IMG/VR virus record: IMGVR_UViG_2859827302_000005 | Span: 1-40,732 of that record | Direction: 5' to 3' (one strand) | Length of the DNA: 40,732 bases | Source: a virus | Lineage: Duplodnaviria; Heunggongvirae; Uroviricota; Caudoviricetes | In this document: piece after piece, positions 28,994 through 36,209 of the stretch | Numbering within the stretch: position 1 is the stretch's first letter | How the letters are laid out: every line of letters starts with the position of its first letter | Notes under the pieces: generated by a model | What the model was told of the DNA's origin: nothing | The model's input: the letters and a program-made list of their open reading frames with translations, nothing else | Database searches by the model: none | Program-made: the position numbers and the translations under genes

Positions 28994-30850
28994 TTATGAT
29001 GATGCCGGTGCATTTATCTCCAGCACCAGACTTTCTATCTCAACGCCATACGCTGCATTTTTGGTAATATCCGTCAGCGTCAGCGCATTCAGCCCCAGTG
29101 TCAGACTGTCTTTTATGACCTGGAATGCCGGGCCAGCCACTCCATTCAGTTTCGGAGTAACCGTGGCACTGCCGGCGGTGAACACCAGCTCCAGCGTCTG
29201 CCAGTCGTTACTGTAATTCCCGAACTCGCCCAACTTTGTGTTTCCGGCTTTCTTGTGATGCATCAGATTCAGTTTGCCGTCTGTGGTCTGGGTGAAGAAC
29301 GACATCAGGAACGGGTTACCAGTCCCGGTCATCGCCACGACGTCAGGTAACGCTACATCGGTATACAGATAAATTCCCAGACCGAACTGGTTGTTGGTCA
29401 GTGCGCCTGACAGTCGAAACTTACAGCTCAGTCTGCCACCCCGTGTCAGCAGGGAGACTGCGTCATCCACCGGATGCATCAGGGACCAGGTTTTATTGCT
29501 CTGCTTGGTAACCTTAAACACACCATCTTCCAGCGCAACACTGCCGCCGGTGATGGTCCAGCCCTGCGCAGCAGCCTCTCCGGCTGTCGGCAGCAGGGAG
29601 ACTGTACGAACGGATGTGTCACCATCAGACGGCCCCGATGGCGTGTCGCCGCCGGGCGAGGGTTTAATCTCCGGTGCGGTACCGCTGATGAAGGCGCTGG
29701 TTCGACCAACTGCGTTCAGAATAGCGGTTGCCAGGCGATCCGAAATAATGCCCCTGCGCGCCCATGAACTGAAATGTGTCGGACGATTTGACGATACCCA
29801 ATTACCATTACTACGGGATTGCGCGCCGTAATAACCTGCATCAGCAATATCCGGGTCTTCTGCCGGTAAGTTGGTGGGCGTGTTGTTGCCGTTACCGTCG
29901 GTCATGAACGGCACAAAGAAAACGTTGTCGCTCTCCCTGTTTTTGTACGCGCCGTAGACGGAGTCATACTGTGTGCCGTATGTGTTTTTCCAGTAATACG
30001 TCGTGTCGCCACAAATCCACGGTACAACTGCAGCACTGCCGCCATGGCACTGCGCGTTAAATCCGGAAAGGTCAGTACGGAACTGCTTCAGCATGGCCGT
30101 GAACAGGTCCGGTTGCTGTGCGTAGGTGGCAGCGCTCATGTCAAATTCGCCCTGCATCCAGCACACCGCCAGCAACACATTTTTCGGGTTCTTCTGTAAT
30201 GCCGCTTTGGTGCGTGCGATCAGGTCCTGATATAACGGTTTACCCACACCCCAGCGTGCCGAATCCTGGCTGGCCCCCGTGTCCGCACTGAATGTCCCCT
30301 CCGCGCCCTGGGTGAATGCCGAACCACCACGACAGCATGGTACCAGCAGGATCCCCGCGTTATTCGGGATATACGGAAGCAGTTTTTTGGCAATATGTAA
30401 GCCCTGGCCGACACAGCCGTACTGCCCTTTGCTCAGGTCTGCCTTCGGATGATTCAGTGCGCTCATATCCTGAACATCATGCAGGCAGTGGTCTGCCGGA
30501 ATGATGTCGTTAAATGCGCATGCTTTACCACCGGGAGTCACTGTGTTGCGACGGGCCAGTTGCTTAATACGTGGGTGGGGCGCATCGTAAGAATCCGGAA
30601 GCGGAAGCCCTTCACCGTAAGCCATGGCATTGGATTGCCCGGCCAGTACGATGACGTAGTACCACTCCGGCTCAGTTGCACCACTGACGACCACATCACC
30701 TTCTGCTGCAATCGCCTGCATCAGGGTATAAGGGGTTATGGCCACCGGACTACCAAACGGCTGCCAGCCCTCTTTCAGTTTATGTGTCAGCTTTTCCGCA
30801 AGATCTGACGGCGACGCCGCCCTGACAACATCATAGTGTTTAAATGCCAT
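28994..30850 (-). CDS. nanS: prophage sialate O-acetylesterase, NanS-p-like (SGNH hydrolase plus C-terminal domain)
   Basis: 618 aa from the ATG at 30850 (alternative ATG at 30865; the ORF-track start is a TTG inside IS1). SGNH motif VIVLAGQSNAMAYGE. Sits between the tRNA/stx slot and the holin, as nanS-p does in Stx phages. Confidence 0.7.
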   Translation of the reverse strand: MAFKHYDVVRAASPSDLAEKLTHKLKEGWQPFGSPVAITPYTLMQAIAAEGDVVVSGATEPEWYYVIVLAGQSNAMAYGEGLPLPDSYDAPHPRIKQLARRNTVTPGGKACAFNDIIPADHCLHDVQDMSALNHPKADLSKGQYGCVGQGLHIAKKLLPYIPNNAGILLVPCCRGGSAFTQGAEGTFSADTGASQDSARWGVGKPLYQDLIARTKAALQKNPKNVLLAVCWMQGEFDMSAATYAQQPDLFTAMLKQFRTDLSGFNAQCHGGSAAVVPWICGDTTYYWKNTYGTQYDSVYGAYKNRESDNVFFVPFMTDGNGNNTPTNLPAEDPDIADAGYYGAQSRSNGNWVSSNRPTHFSSWARRGIISDRLATAILNAVGRTSAFISGTAPEIKPSPGGDTPSGPSDGDTSVRTVSLLPTAGEAAAQGWTITGGSVALEDGVFKVTKQSNKTWSLMHPVDDAVSLLTRGGRLSCKFRLSGALTNNQFGLGIYLYTDVALPDVVAMTGTGNPFLMSFFTQTTDGKLNLMHHKKAGNTKLGEFGNYSNDWQTLELVFTAGSATVTPKLNGVAGPAFQVIKDSLTLGLNALTLTDITKNAAYGVEIESLVLEINAPASS

Positions 30851-30930
30851 GGTTCTTTCCACCATCTGAAAAATGGGTGATGCTGCCAACTTACTGATTT
30901 AGTGTATGATGGTGTTTTTGAGGTGCTCCA

Positions 30931-31206
30931 GTGGCTTCTGTTTCTATCAGCTGTCCCTCCTGTTCAGCTACTGACGGGGTGGTGCGTAACGGCAAAAGCA
31001 CTGCCGGACATCAGCGCTATCTCTGCTCTCACTGCCGTAAAACATGGCAACTGCAGTTCACTTACACCGCTTCTCAACCCGGTACGCACCAGAAAATTAT
31101 TGATATGGCCATGAATGGCGTTGGATGCCGGGCAACTGCACGCATTATGGGCGTTAGCCTCAACACGATTTTACGTCACTTAAAAAACTCAGGCCGCAGT
31201 CGGTAA
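30931..31206 (+). CDS. insA: IS1 InsA
   Basis: 91 aa, [43 protein letters not shown]…. Confidence 0.9.
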   Translation: MASVSISCPSCSATDGVVRNGKSTAGHQRYLCSHCRKTWQLQFTYTASQPGTHQKIIDMAMNGVGCRATARIMGVSLNTILRHLKNSGRSR

Positions 31207-31250
31207 CCTCGCGCATACAGCCGGGCAGTGACGTCATCGTCTGCGCGGAA

Positions 31251-31628
31251 ATGGACGAACAGTGGGGATACGTCGGGGCTAAATCGCGCCAGCGCTGGCT
31301 GTTTTACGCGTATGACAGGCTCCGGAAGACGGTTGTTGCGCACGTATTCGGTGAACGCACTATGGCGACGCTGGGGCGTCTTATGAGCTTGCTGTCACCC
31401 TTTGACGTGGTGATATGGATGACGGATGGCTGGCCACTGTATGAATCCCGCCTGAAGGGAAAGCTGCACGTAATCAGCAAGCGATATACGCAGCGAATTG
31501 AGCGGCATAACCTGAATCTGAGGCAGCACCTGGCACGGCTGGGACGGAAGTCGCTGTCGTTCTCAAAATCGGTGGAGCTGCATGACAAAGTCATCGGGCA
31601 TTATCTGAACATAAAACACTATCAATAA
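31251..31628 (+). CDS. insB: IS1 InsB frame (C-terminal part of the InsAB' transposase)
   Basis: …[51 protein letters not shown]…; expressed by -1 frameshift from insA. Confidence 0.8.
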   Translation: MDEQWGYVGAKSRQRWLFYAYDRLRKTVVAHVFGERTMATLGRLMSLLSPFDVVIWMTDGWPLYESRLKGKLHVISKRYTQRIERHNLNLRQHLARLGRKSLSFSKSVELHDKVIGHYLNIKHYQ

Positions 31629-31886
31629 GTTGGAGTCATTACCTGAAAAATGATTCTTTAAAATACCTGACATGTAATACAGAAAAAAACAAAACCATAC
31701 CTTAAATAAAAACCTCATCATCAAGCAGATATGCATGGATAAACTACAAGACGAGATATAAACCACCATGCATTTAAATAAACAATAAACAACATCAGAA
31801 AAATAATTCTGCTCTATGGTTTACAATCAAAAATATCATTTATACTTTTCAGAACATCACCAGCAAGACATAAACAAGGAAACTAA

Positions 31887-32222
31887 ATGAAGTGGATTGT
31901 GATTGATACAGTTATCCAGCCATCATGCGGAATATCTTTTTCAGTCATATGGAGTAAAATAAAATTAATAATCTGGTATCAATCGGATGCTTTCTTACCT
32001 CCTGAAAGTATATTTACACTGACTCACACAGGCATCATGCTCAATAACAAAGTGCTACCTGTAACCATTTACAACGTAGTGCCATTCAATAAAACATTCT
32101 GGAATTTAATCAAAAACAGCCAGGAATGCCCTACAAATACAGATAACGTATTGAATGAATGCTTTAATAACCGTTGCACTCTGCAAATATGTCCTTATGG
32201 ACTAAAACAACAAAGTCCATAA
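31887..32222 (+). CDS. hypothetical 111-aa protein, AT-rich, Cys-rich C-terminus
   Basis: AAGGA Shine-Dalgarno 7 nt before the ATG, very AT-rich upstream region, opposite strand to the late genes. Five Cys in the last ~35 aa. No family recognised. Confidence 0.45.
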   Translation: MKWIVIDTVIQPSCGISFSVIWSKIKLIIWYQSDAFLPPESIFTLTHTGIMLNNKVLPVTIYNVVPFNKTFWNLIKNSQECPTNTDNVLNECFNNRCTLQICPYGLKQQSP

Positions 32223-32257
32223 GGAGTTTACTCACATCTGACAAAATCAATATAAAC

Positions 32258-32455
32258 AGCCCCTCCGTAGAGGGGCTGGAGAGTGGCGCTATGTGCCATT
32301 GCATGGTGCCGGGTGCCTCCCGGTGAATTCAGTACCAGCACCTGAATCCGCGATTATCCCATATACCTACTCGCTGATTGCCCCTCCGCACAGGGGGATT
32401 CACCATGCGAAATTTTTTAACAAACTTCCCGCTGGCCAGACAATAATCGCCAGCC
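32258..32455. repeat. structured non-coding element, paralog 1 (candidate sRNA or recombination element)
   Basis: Shares ordered conserved blocks with 32721..32920: GC hairpin agcccctccgtagaggggct, gcatggtgccgggtgcctcccggtgaattcag, a hairpin attcag-N9-ctgaat, agggggattcaccatgcga, and ttttttaacaaa…gccagacaat. No conserved ORF. Confidence 0.4.
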
Positions 32456-32720
32456 TGAATTATGAGCAACGTAGCATTTTACGGGAAAACTGTTTTCTGC
32501 AGTAAAAAGGCCCGCCGGAGCGAGCCTGGAAGGATAGCGGTCATGTGATGCCGGTTTCCCGGTAACTCAGCATCGGTATCTGAGTCAACGTTTTCTCTAC
32601 TGGGTCATTTCCGATACGTTCCGCCTTCCGGCAGACTTTCATCACGTCAGAAAATATAGCACCCTGAGTAACAGGACAGTACTCAGAATTCAGGAAACTG
32701 TGACACATCCTGCACAGAAA

Positions 32721-32920
32721 AGCCCCTCCGGAGAGGGGCTGAAGTATAGCCTAATTTCTGTCTGTCGCATGGTGCCAGGTGCCTCCCGGTAAATTCAGCC
32801 TGTCTACTGAATTTGCATGTTCTCTGGATCATACACTTTGCCAGATGCCCCGCCGCTGAGGGGGATTCACCATGCGATGTAATTTTTAACAAATTCTCCG
32901 GCAGCCAGACAATCATCAAG
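32721..32920. repeat. structured non-coding element, paralog 2
   Basis: Same block order as 32258..32455. The internal hairpin keeps its stem but changes its loop (aaattcag-N8-ctgaattt). Confidence 0.4.
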
Positions 32921-33109
32921 CTGTGGAATTGTGAGGTATTTAAAAATTTCAACGGGTAACTGATACCCTGCTAATCGCCTGATGCTTTCTTTTTCAGCAA
33001 CGGGAAAGCAACAACCACCACACCCGCCACCAAAACATCATCAGACAGCACCGACATTATCCGGCTGCTGAAGTCCACCATCACCACCAGAAACAACAGG
33101 AGTGCAACC

Positions 33110-33157
33110 ACAGCTGCTTAGAAGGCAATTGCTCTGTCCGGCTGAGCTAACAACGCA
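33110..33157 (-). pseudogene. tRNA-Arg(UCU) argO-like remnant (5' half only)
   Basis: Minus strand GCGTTGTTAGCTCAGCCGGACAGAGCAATTGCCTTCTAAGCAGC gives acceptor 5' strand, D-arm and anticodon arm (loop CTTCTAA). No T-arm or complementary acceptor 3' strand follows. Confidence 0.3.
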
Positions 33158-33170
33158 GAATACCGATAAA

Positions 33171-33247
33171 TGGACCGCCATCGAGAACTCGAACCCCGCG
33201 CAACCAGCTTCGAAGGCTGGCGCTCTATCCCGATGAGCTAATGGCGG
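33171..33247 (-). tRNA. argN: tRNA-Arg (anticodon UCG), argN-like
   Basis: Manual fold: 7-bp acceptor CCGCCAT/ATGGCGG, D-stem GCTC/GAGC, anticodon stem CCAGC/GCTGG with loop CTTCGAA, T-loop TTCGAGT (T-stem with two G-U pairs), 3' CCA encoded. Confidence 0.7.
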
Positions 33248-33254
33248 TATGTGA

Positions 33255-33330
33255 TGGTGGCCCTTGCTGGATTTGAACCAGCGACCTGGCGATTATGAGT
33301 CGCTCGCTCTCACCACTGAGCTAAAGGGCC
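33255..33330 (-). tRNA. ileZ: tRNA-Ile2 (anticodon CAU, lysidine type), ileZ-like
   Basis: Minus strand GGCCCTTTAGCTCAGTGGTGAGAGCGAGCGACTCATAATCGCCAGGTCGCTGGTTCAAATCCAGCAAGGGCCACCA, close to E. coli ileX as I recall it. Confidence 0.85.
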
Positions 33331-33370
33331 GGGAGCCGCATAATAACGACGCGTAATTAATTCTGCAATA

Positions 33371-34429
33371 TCATCCGTTCTGGCTGACTAAATCCTGTAC
33401 TTCCCGAACCGTCTGCTCAAAACGTCCGGTCTCCAGCTCAACGCCAATCGCACGACGCCCGAGCGCCAGTGCCGCTTTTACCGTTGAACCTGAGTCCATA
33501 AAAAAATCTGCAACCAGGTCACCCGGACGACTGCTTGCGCTGATTATCTGCTGCAGCATTTCTGCCGGTTTTTCGCACGGATGTTTCCCGGGATAGAACT
33601 GCACCGGTTTATGTGTCCACACATCCGTGTACGGCACCTGCGCCGTCACACCAAAATACCGCCGCAGATGCTTATATTCACTCTGCAGCTCCACATACTG
33701 CCGGTTCAGTGACGTATACGTATCCACCAGCTGGTAGTGGGGCTTTTCCAGTTCACCGCGCTGATGTTTCTCTTCTGCCACCCGGGCAAACAGCGACTGT
33801 AATTTCAGATAATCGCTTTCGTTCGGTAGCTGCCACTGACTGGCACTGAACCAGTGCGACACCATGTTTTTCTTTCCTGTGGCATCTGCAATCTGTTTTG
33901 CCGTTATCCCCAGGGCCGCGCGCGCATCACGAAAGTAAGAAATCAGCGGGGCCATCACATGCTGTTTCAGTGCACTGCCCTTCGCCGCATACCCGGCATC
34001 TTTCGGACGATACGGCCCCTGATAATGTTCCGCGAACAGAATGCGCTCTGTGGCGGGGAAATACGCCCGCAGGCTTTCCTTGTTGCATCCGTTCCAGCGT
34101 CCGGACGGCTTCGCCCAGATAATATGGTTCAGCACACTGAAGCGTTCACGCATCATGATTTCGATATCAGATGCCAGGCGATGACCACAGAACAGGTAAA
34201 GACTTCCGGCAGGTTTCAGCACCCGCCAGAACTGCGCCAGACACTGGTCCAGCCACTTCAGGTAATCATCGTCGCCCTTCCACTGGTTATCCCAGCCCTC
34301 AGGCTTCACTTTAAAGTACGGCGGGTCCGTGACTATCAGGTCAACAGAATTTTCGGGTAACGACCGGATAAATTCCAGGCAGTCGGCGTTGATTAACTCA
34401 CAACTGGATATTTTTACAGTATTAGCCAT
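33371..34429 (-). CDS. orphan DNA N6-adenine (or N4-cytosine) methyltransferase, beta class
   Basis: 352 aa with an N-terminal DPPY motif (LIVTDPPYF) and a C-terminal SAM motif (DLVADFFMDSGST). No adjacent restriction endonuclease gene. Confidence 0.85.
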   Translation of the reverse strand: MANTVKISSCELINADCLEFIRSLPENSVDLIVTDPPYFKVKPEGWDNQWKGDDDYLKWLDQCLAQFWRVLKPAGSLYLFCGHRLASDIEIMMRERFSVLNHIIWAKPSGRWNGCNKESLRAYFPATERILFAEHYQGPYRPKDAGYAAKGSALKQHVMAPLISYFRDARAALGITAKQIADATGKKNMVSHWFSASQWQLPNESDYLKLQSLFARVAEEKHQRGELEKPHYQLVDTYTSLNRQYVELQSEYKHLRRYFGVTAQVPYTDVWTHKPVQFYPGKHPCEKPAEMLQQIISASSRPGDLVADFFMDSGSTVKAALALGRRAIGVELETGRFEQTVREVQDLVSQNG

Positions 34430-34565
34430 AGATCAATAAGCACTTCTCTGATAGGCTCATACCGCTTTTGCGCAAAGCAGATGGGCCTGAGGTTTGCTTG
34501 TGAATCCAACGCATGAGCAGATGGCTGGTGGGTGCCCCTAACACCCACCAGCCGCCCATTTACCA

Positions 34566-34594
34566 CAAATAAAAAAGCCTTCACTGCGGAAGGC
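34566..34594 (-). terminator. intrinsic terminator immediately after the small ORF
   Basis: Stem gccttc/gaaggc with loop actgcg, followed on the minus strand by a long T-run (plus-strand aaataaaaaa). Confidence 0.5.
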
Positions 34595-34778
34595 GTCTGT
34601 AACAACCGAACTGATAGTCTGCCAGACCCGCCATAACCAGCTGGGTCAGTATTAACTGGCAGCGTTCGCGTGAAAGGTAAGTATTCTGCGCAATCTCCCC
34701 GACTGTCGCCGGGTCGTTAACGCTTAATTCATTAAACACCACTCTGGCGGTTTCTGTCATATCCTGCTGTTTTAGCAT
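34581..34778 (-). CDS. hypothetical 65-aa protein
   Basis: MLKQQDMTETARVVFNELSVNDPATVGEIAQNTYLSRERCQLILTQLVMAGLADYQFGCYRRLPQ; GGAAAAGGG Shine-Dalgarno-like sequence upstream. Lies between two terminators. Confidence 0.4.
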   Translation of the reverse strand: MLKQQDMTETARVVFNELSVNDPATVGEIAQNTYLSRERCQLILTQLVMAGLADYQFGCYRRLPQ

Positions 34779-34898
34779 GTCTTTTTCCCTTTTCCGGTTA
34801 ACGTGACACACCAATAACTCTTGTCGAAAAAGCCAGCAAGCTGAAAGACAGGTATTCACCGCCACCAGCGCGTTTACTGTACTGACGCGATTTCAGTC

Positions 34899-34923
34899 AT
34901 AAAAAACCCGCCAGGCGGCGGGG
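34899..34923 (-). terminator. tR'-like intrinsic terminator downstream of Q
   Basis: Stem cccgcc/ggcggg with a 4-nt loop, followed on the minus strand by TTTTTT. Lies about 80 nt after the Q stop, where pR' and a short leader are expected. Confidence 0.55.
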
Positions 34924-35004
34924 TGTAAAAAATCTTCTAACGTCAGGCATAAAACGCCCATCGTTAGAGCAAATTTACCACAGATTCGGGAAAAATCAAC
35001 AACA

Positions 35005-35826
35005 CTATCGCGTTACCCTCTTTAACTGCCGCTCCGCCCATGCCTCTTCAATGTCAAACCGAACCACCAACGTATCGTAAAAGCGTTTCACTGATTTTTT
35101 CCACGTATCAAGCGTGATAGCACTCGTCACTTTGCATATGGCATTAAATGCCTCCGTTGATGGTAGTCTTTCACAGCCACGACCACCACAACGCTGGCAG
35201 TCTCTGATAACAGGCATACCACGTTTTACCGACTCTTCACGATGAATGGCGACACCACGCCCACGGCAATCCTTACAGGCGGTGGAAACCTCACCCTTTC
35301 CGCCACACTCCGGACAGGCAACTTTTACCACCTCCCTGACTTTTTTCCATTCTTCCCAGTAAGACGGATACACACCTTTCGTACACTTTGCCCATACCGG
35401 CGGCTTACCATCCGGATACTGGACCTTGTTTGTAAAAACTACGCTTTCAATAAATTTTTCCCCATAGCAACAAGGGCACTGCTTTTTACTCGCTGCGCTG
35501 CGGGCATAATCCTCAAAAGCGTACGAAGCCATAATGCGCATCACTACCGGTTTTATTTCTGCCGGAAGTTTTCTCAACGCCGCCACACGATCGCACCGAC
35601 TGAGTGCATAATCTGCCAGTAATTCTGTTGCCCGCGCCCTGTCATTCATACTGATGCCCATTTTCCCCAGGAACGCAGAAAACCCCATCTCAGCCCGATT
35701 CTGTGTCATGCCCTGCGCGGCCATCACATCAGTGATACTCAGCGCATCTTTTGACGTTGAGGCCGATACATCGGTCAGGCCAGGGGATTTTGGGGAGTAG
35801 TATTTCGGTAAATCTTCCAGTTTCAT
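35005..35826 (-). CDS. Q: late antiterminator Q (Q82/YdfT-like, zinc-finger)
   Basis: 273 aa with CxxC…CxxC motifs (CPECGGKGEV…CKDCRGRG, CQRCGGRGCERLPSTEAF) resembling the phage-82-type Q family as I recall it. ATGA overlap with the rusA stop. Confidence 0.65.
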   Translation of the reverse strand: MKLEDLPKYYSPKSPGLTDVSASTSKDALSITDVMAAQGMTQNRAEMGFSAFLGKMGISMNDRARATELLADYALSRCDRVAALRKLPAEIKPVVMRIMASYAFEDYARSAASKKQCPCCYGEKFIESVVFTNKVQYPDGKPPVWAKCTKGVYPSYWEEWKKVREVVKVACPECGGKGEVSTACKDCRGRGVAIHREESVKRGMPVIRDCQRCGGRGCERLPSTEAFNAICKVTSAITLDTWKKSVKRFYDTLVVRFDIEEAWAERQLKRVTR

Positions 35827-36197
35827 TTTTTGACCTGCTCTTCATGCATTATGGGGTAAATCTTCACCCCCATACGTCCACCAGATACTGGCTGACCACG
35901 AACGATATTGATTTCATCAAACTGCTCATCGTCCATTAACACTCCCGCATGCGTCAGCGCATCCAGCGGTGCTTTCAGGATATTGTCCAGGTCGCGACGA
36001 CGCTTATCCGGTGGCTCTGCAATCACCTTTATCGCCAGCCTTCCGGACAGGCTTAATTTCAGCCGCTGCTGGCGAACAATAAGCGCCACAGCCCGGCGAT
36101 AACGCTTTCCCTCCTCCGAGATAAAATATGTGCTGCCACGGCGTCGCCAGTAAGTGTTCACCGTCGGCGGGTAAGGTAAAACCAAATCTATGAGCAT
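35823..36197 (-). CDS. rusA: Holliday junction resolvase RusA
   Basis: 124 aa with the RusA signature …PDKRRRDLDNILKAPLDALTHAGVLMDDEQ…. Confidence 0.85.
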   Translation of the reverse strand: MLIDLVLPYPPTVNTYWRRRGSTYFISEEGKRYRRAVALIVRQQRLKLSLSGRLAIKVIAEPPDKRRRDLDNILKAPLDALTHAGVLMDDEQFDEINIVRGQPVSGGRMGVKIYPIMHEEQVKK

Positions 36198-36209
36198 CAG
36201 TCACCTCTT

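Larger units (their letters stand above)
30876..31643 (+). mobile_element. IS1, 768 bp
   Basis: Ends GGTGATGCTGCCAACTTACTGAT… and …GTTGGAGTCATTACC. 9-bp target-site duplication TGAAAAATG at 30867-30875 and 31644-31652. Confidence 0.95.

Noticed and set aside
30851-30889. Upstream extension of the nanS-p-like ORF (MAASPIFQ…)
   Set aside because: The extended start is a TTG inside the IS1 terminal repeat, so it is an insertion artefact. The start is placed at the ATG at 30850 (or 30865).
32258-32920. Possible CRISPR array
   Set aside because: Only two repeat units, each about 200 bp, with an irregular ~270-bp spacer and no cas genes; not CRISPR-like.
32293-32952. ORFs 32293..32505 (+) and 32683..32952 (-) as protein-coding genes
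   Set aside because: They lie within the paralogous structured elements, and the frame is open in one copy and interrupted by a stop in the other, so conservation is at the nucleotide or structure level, not the protein level.
31644-33160. Shiga toxin genes stxA/stxB
   Set aside because: The Q-tRNA-nanS-lysis context is that of Stx phages, but no ORF in this slot resembles the StxA or StxB subunits in size or sequence.
34414-34605. 63-aa minus-strand ORF between the DNA methyltransferase and the small ORF
   Set aside because: Spans the terminator hairpin and the ggtgggtg…cacccacc hairpin, overlaps the real small ORF stop, and has no ribosome-binding site.
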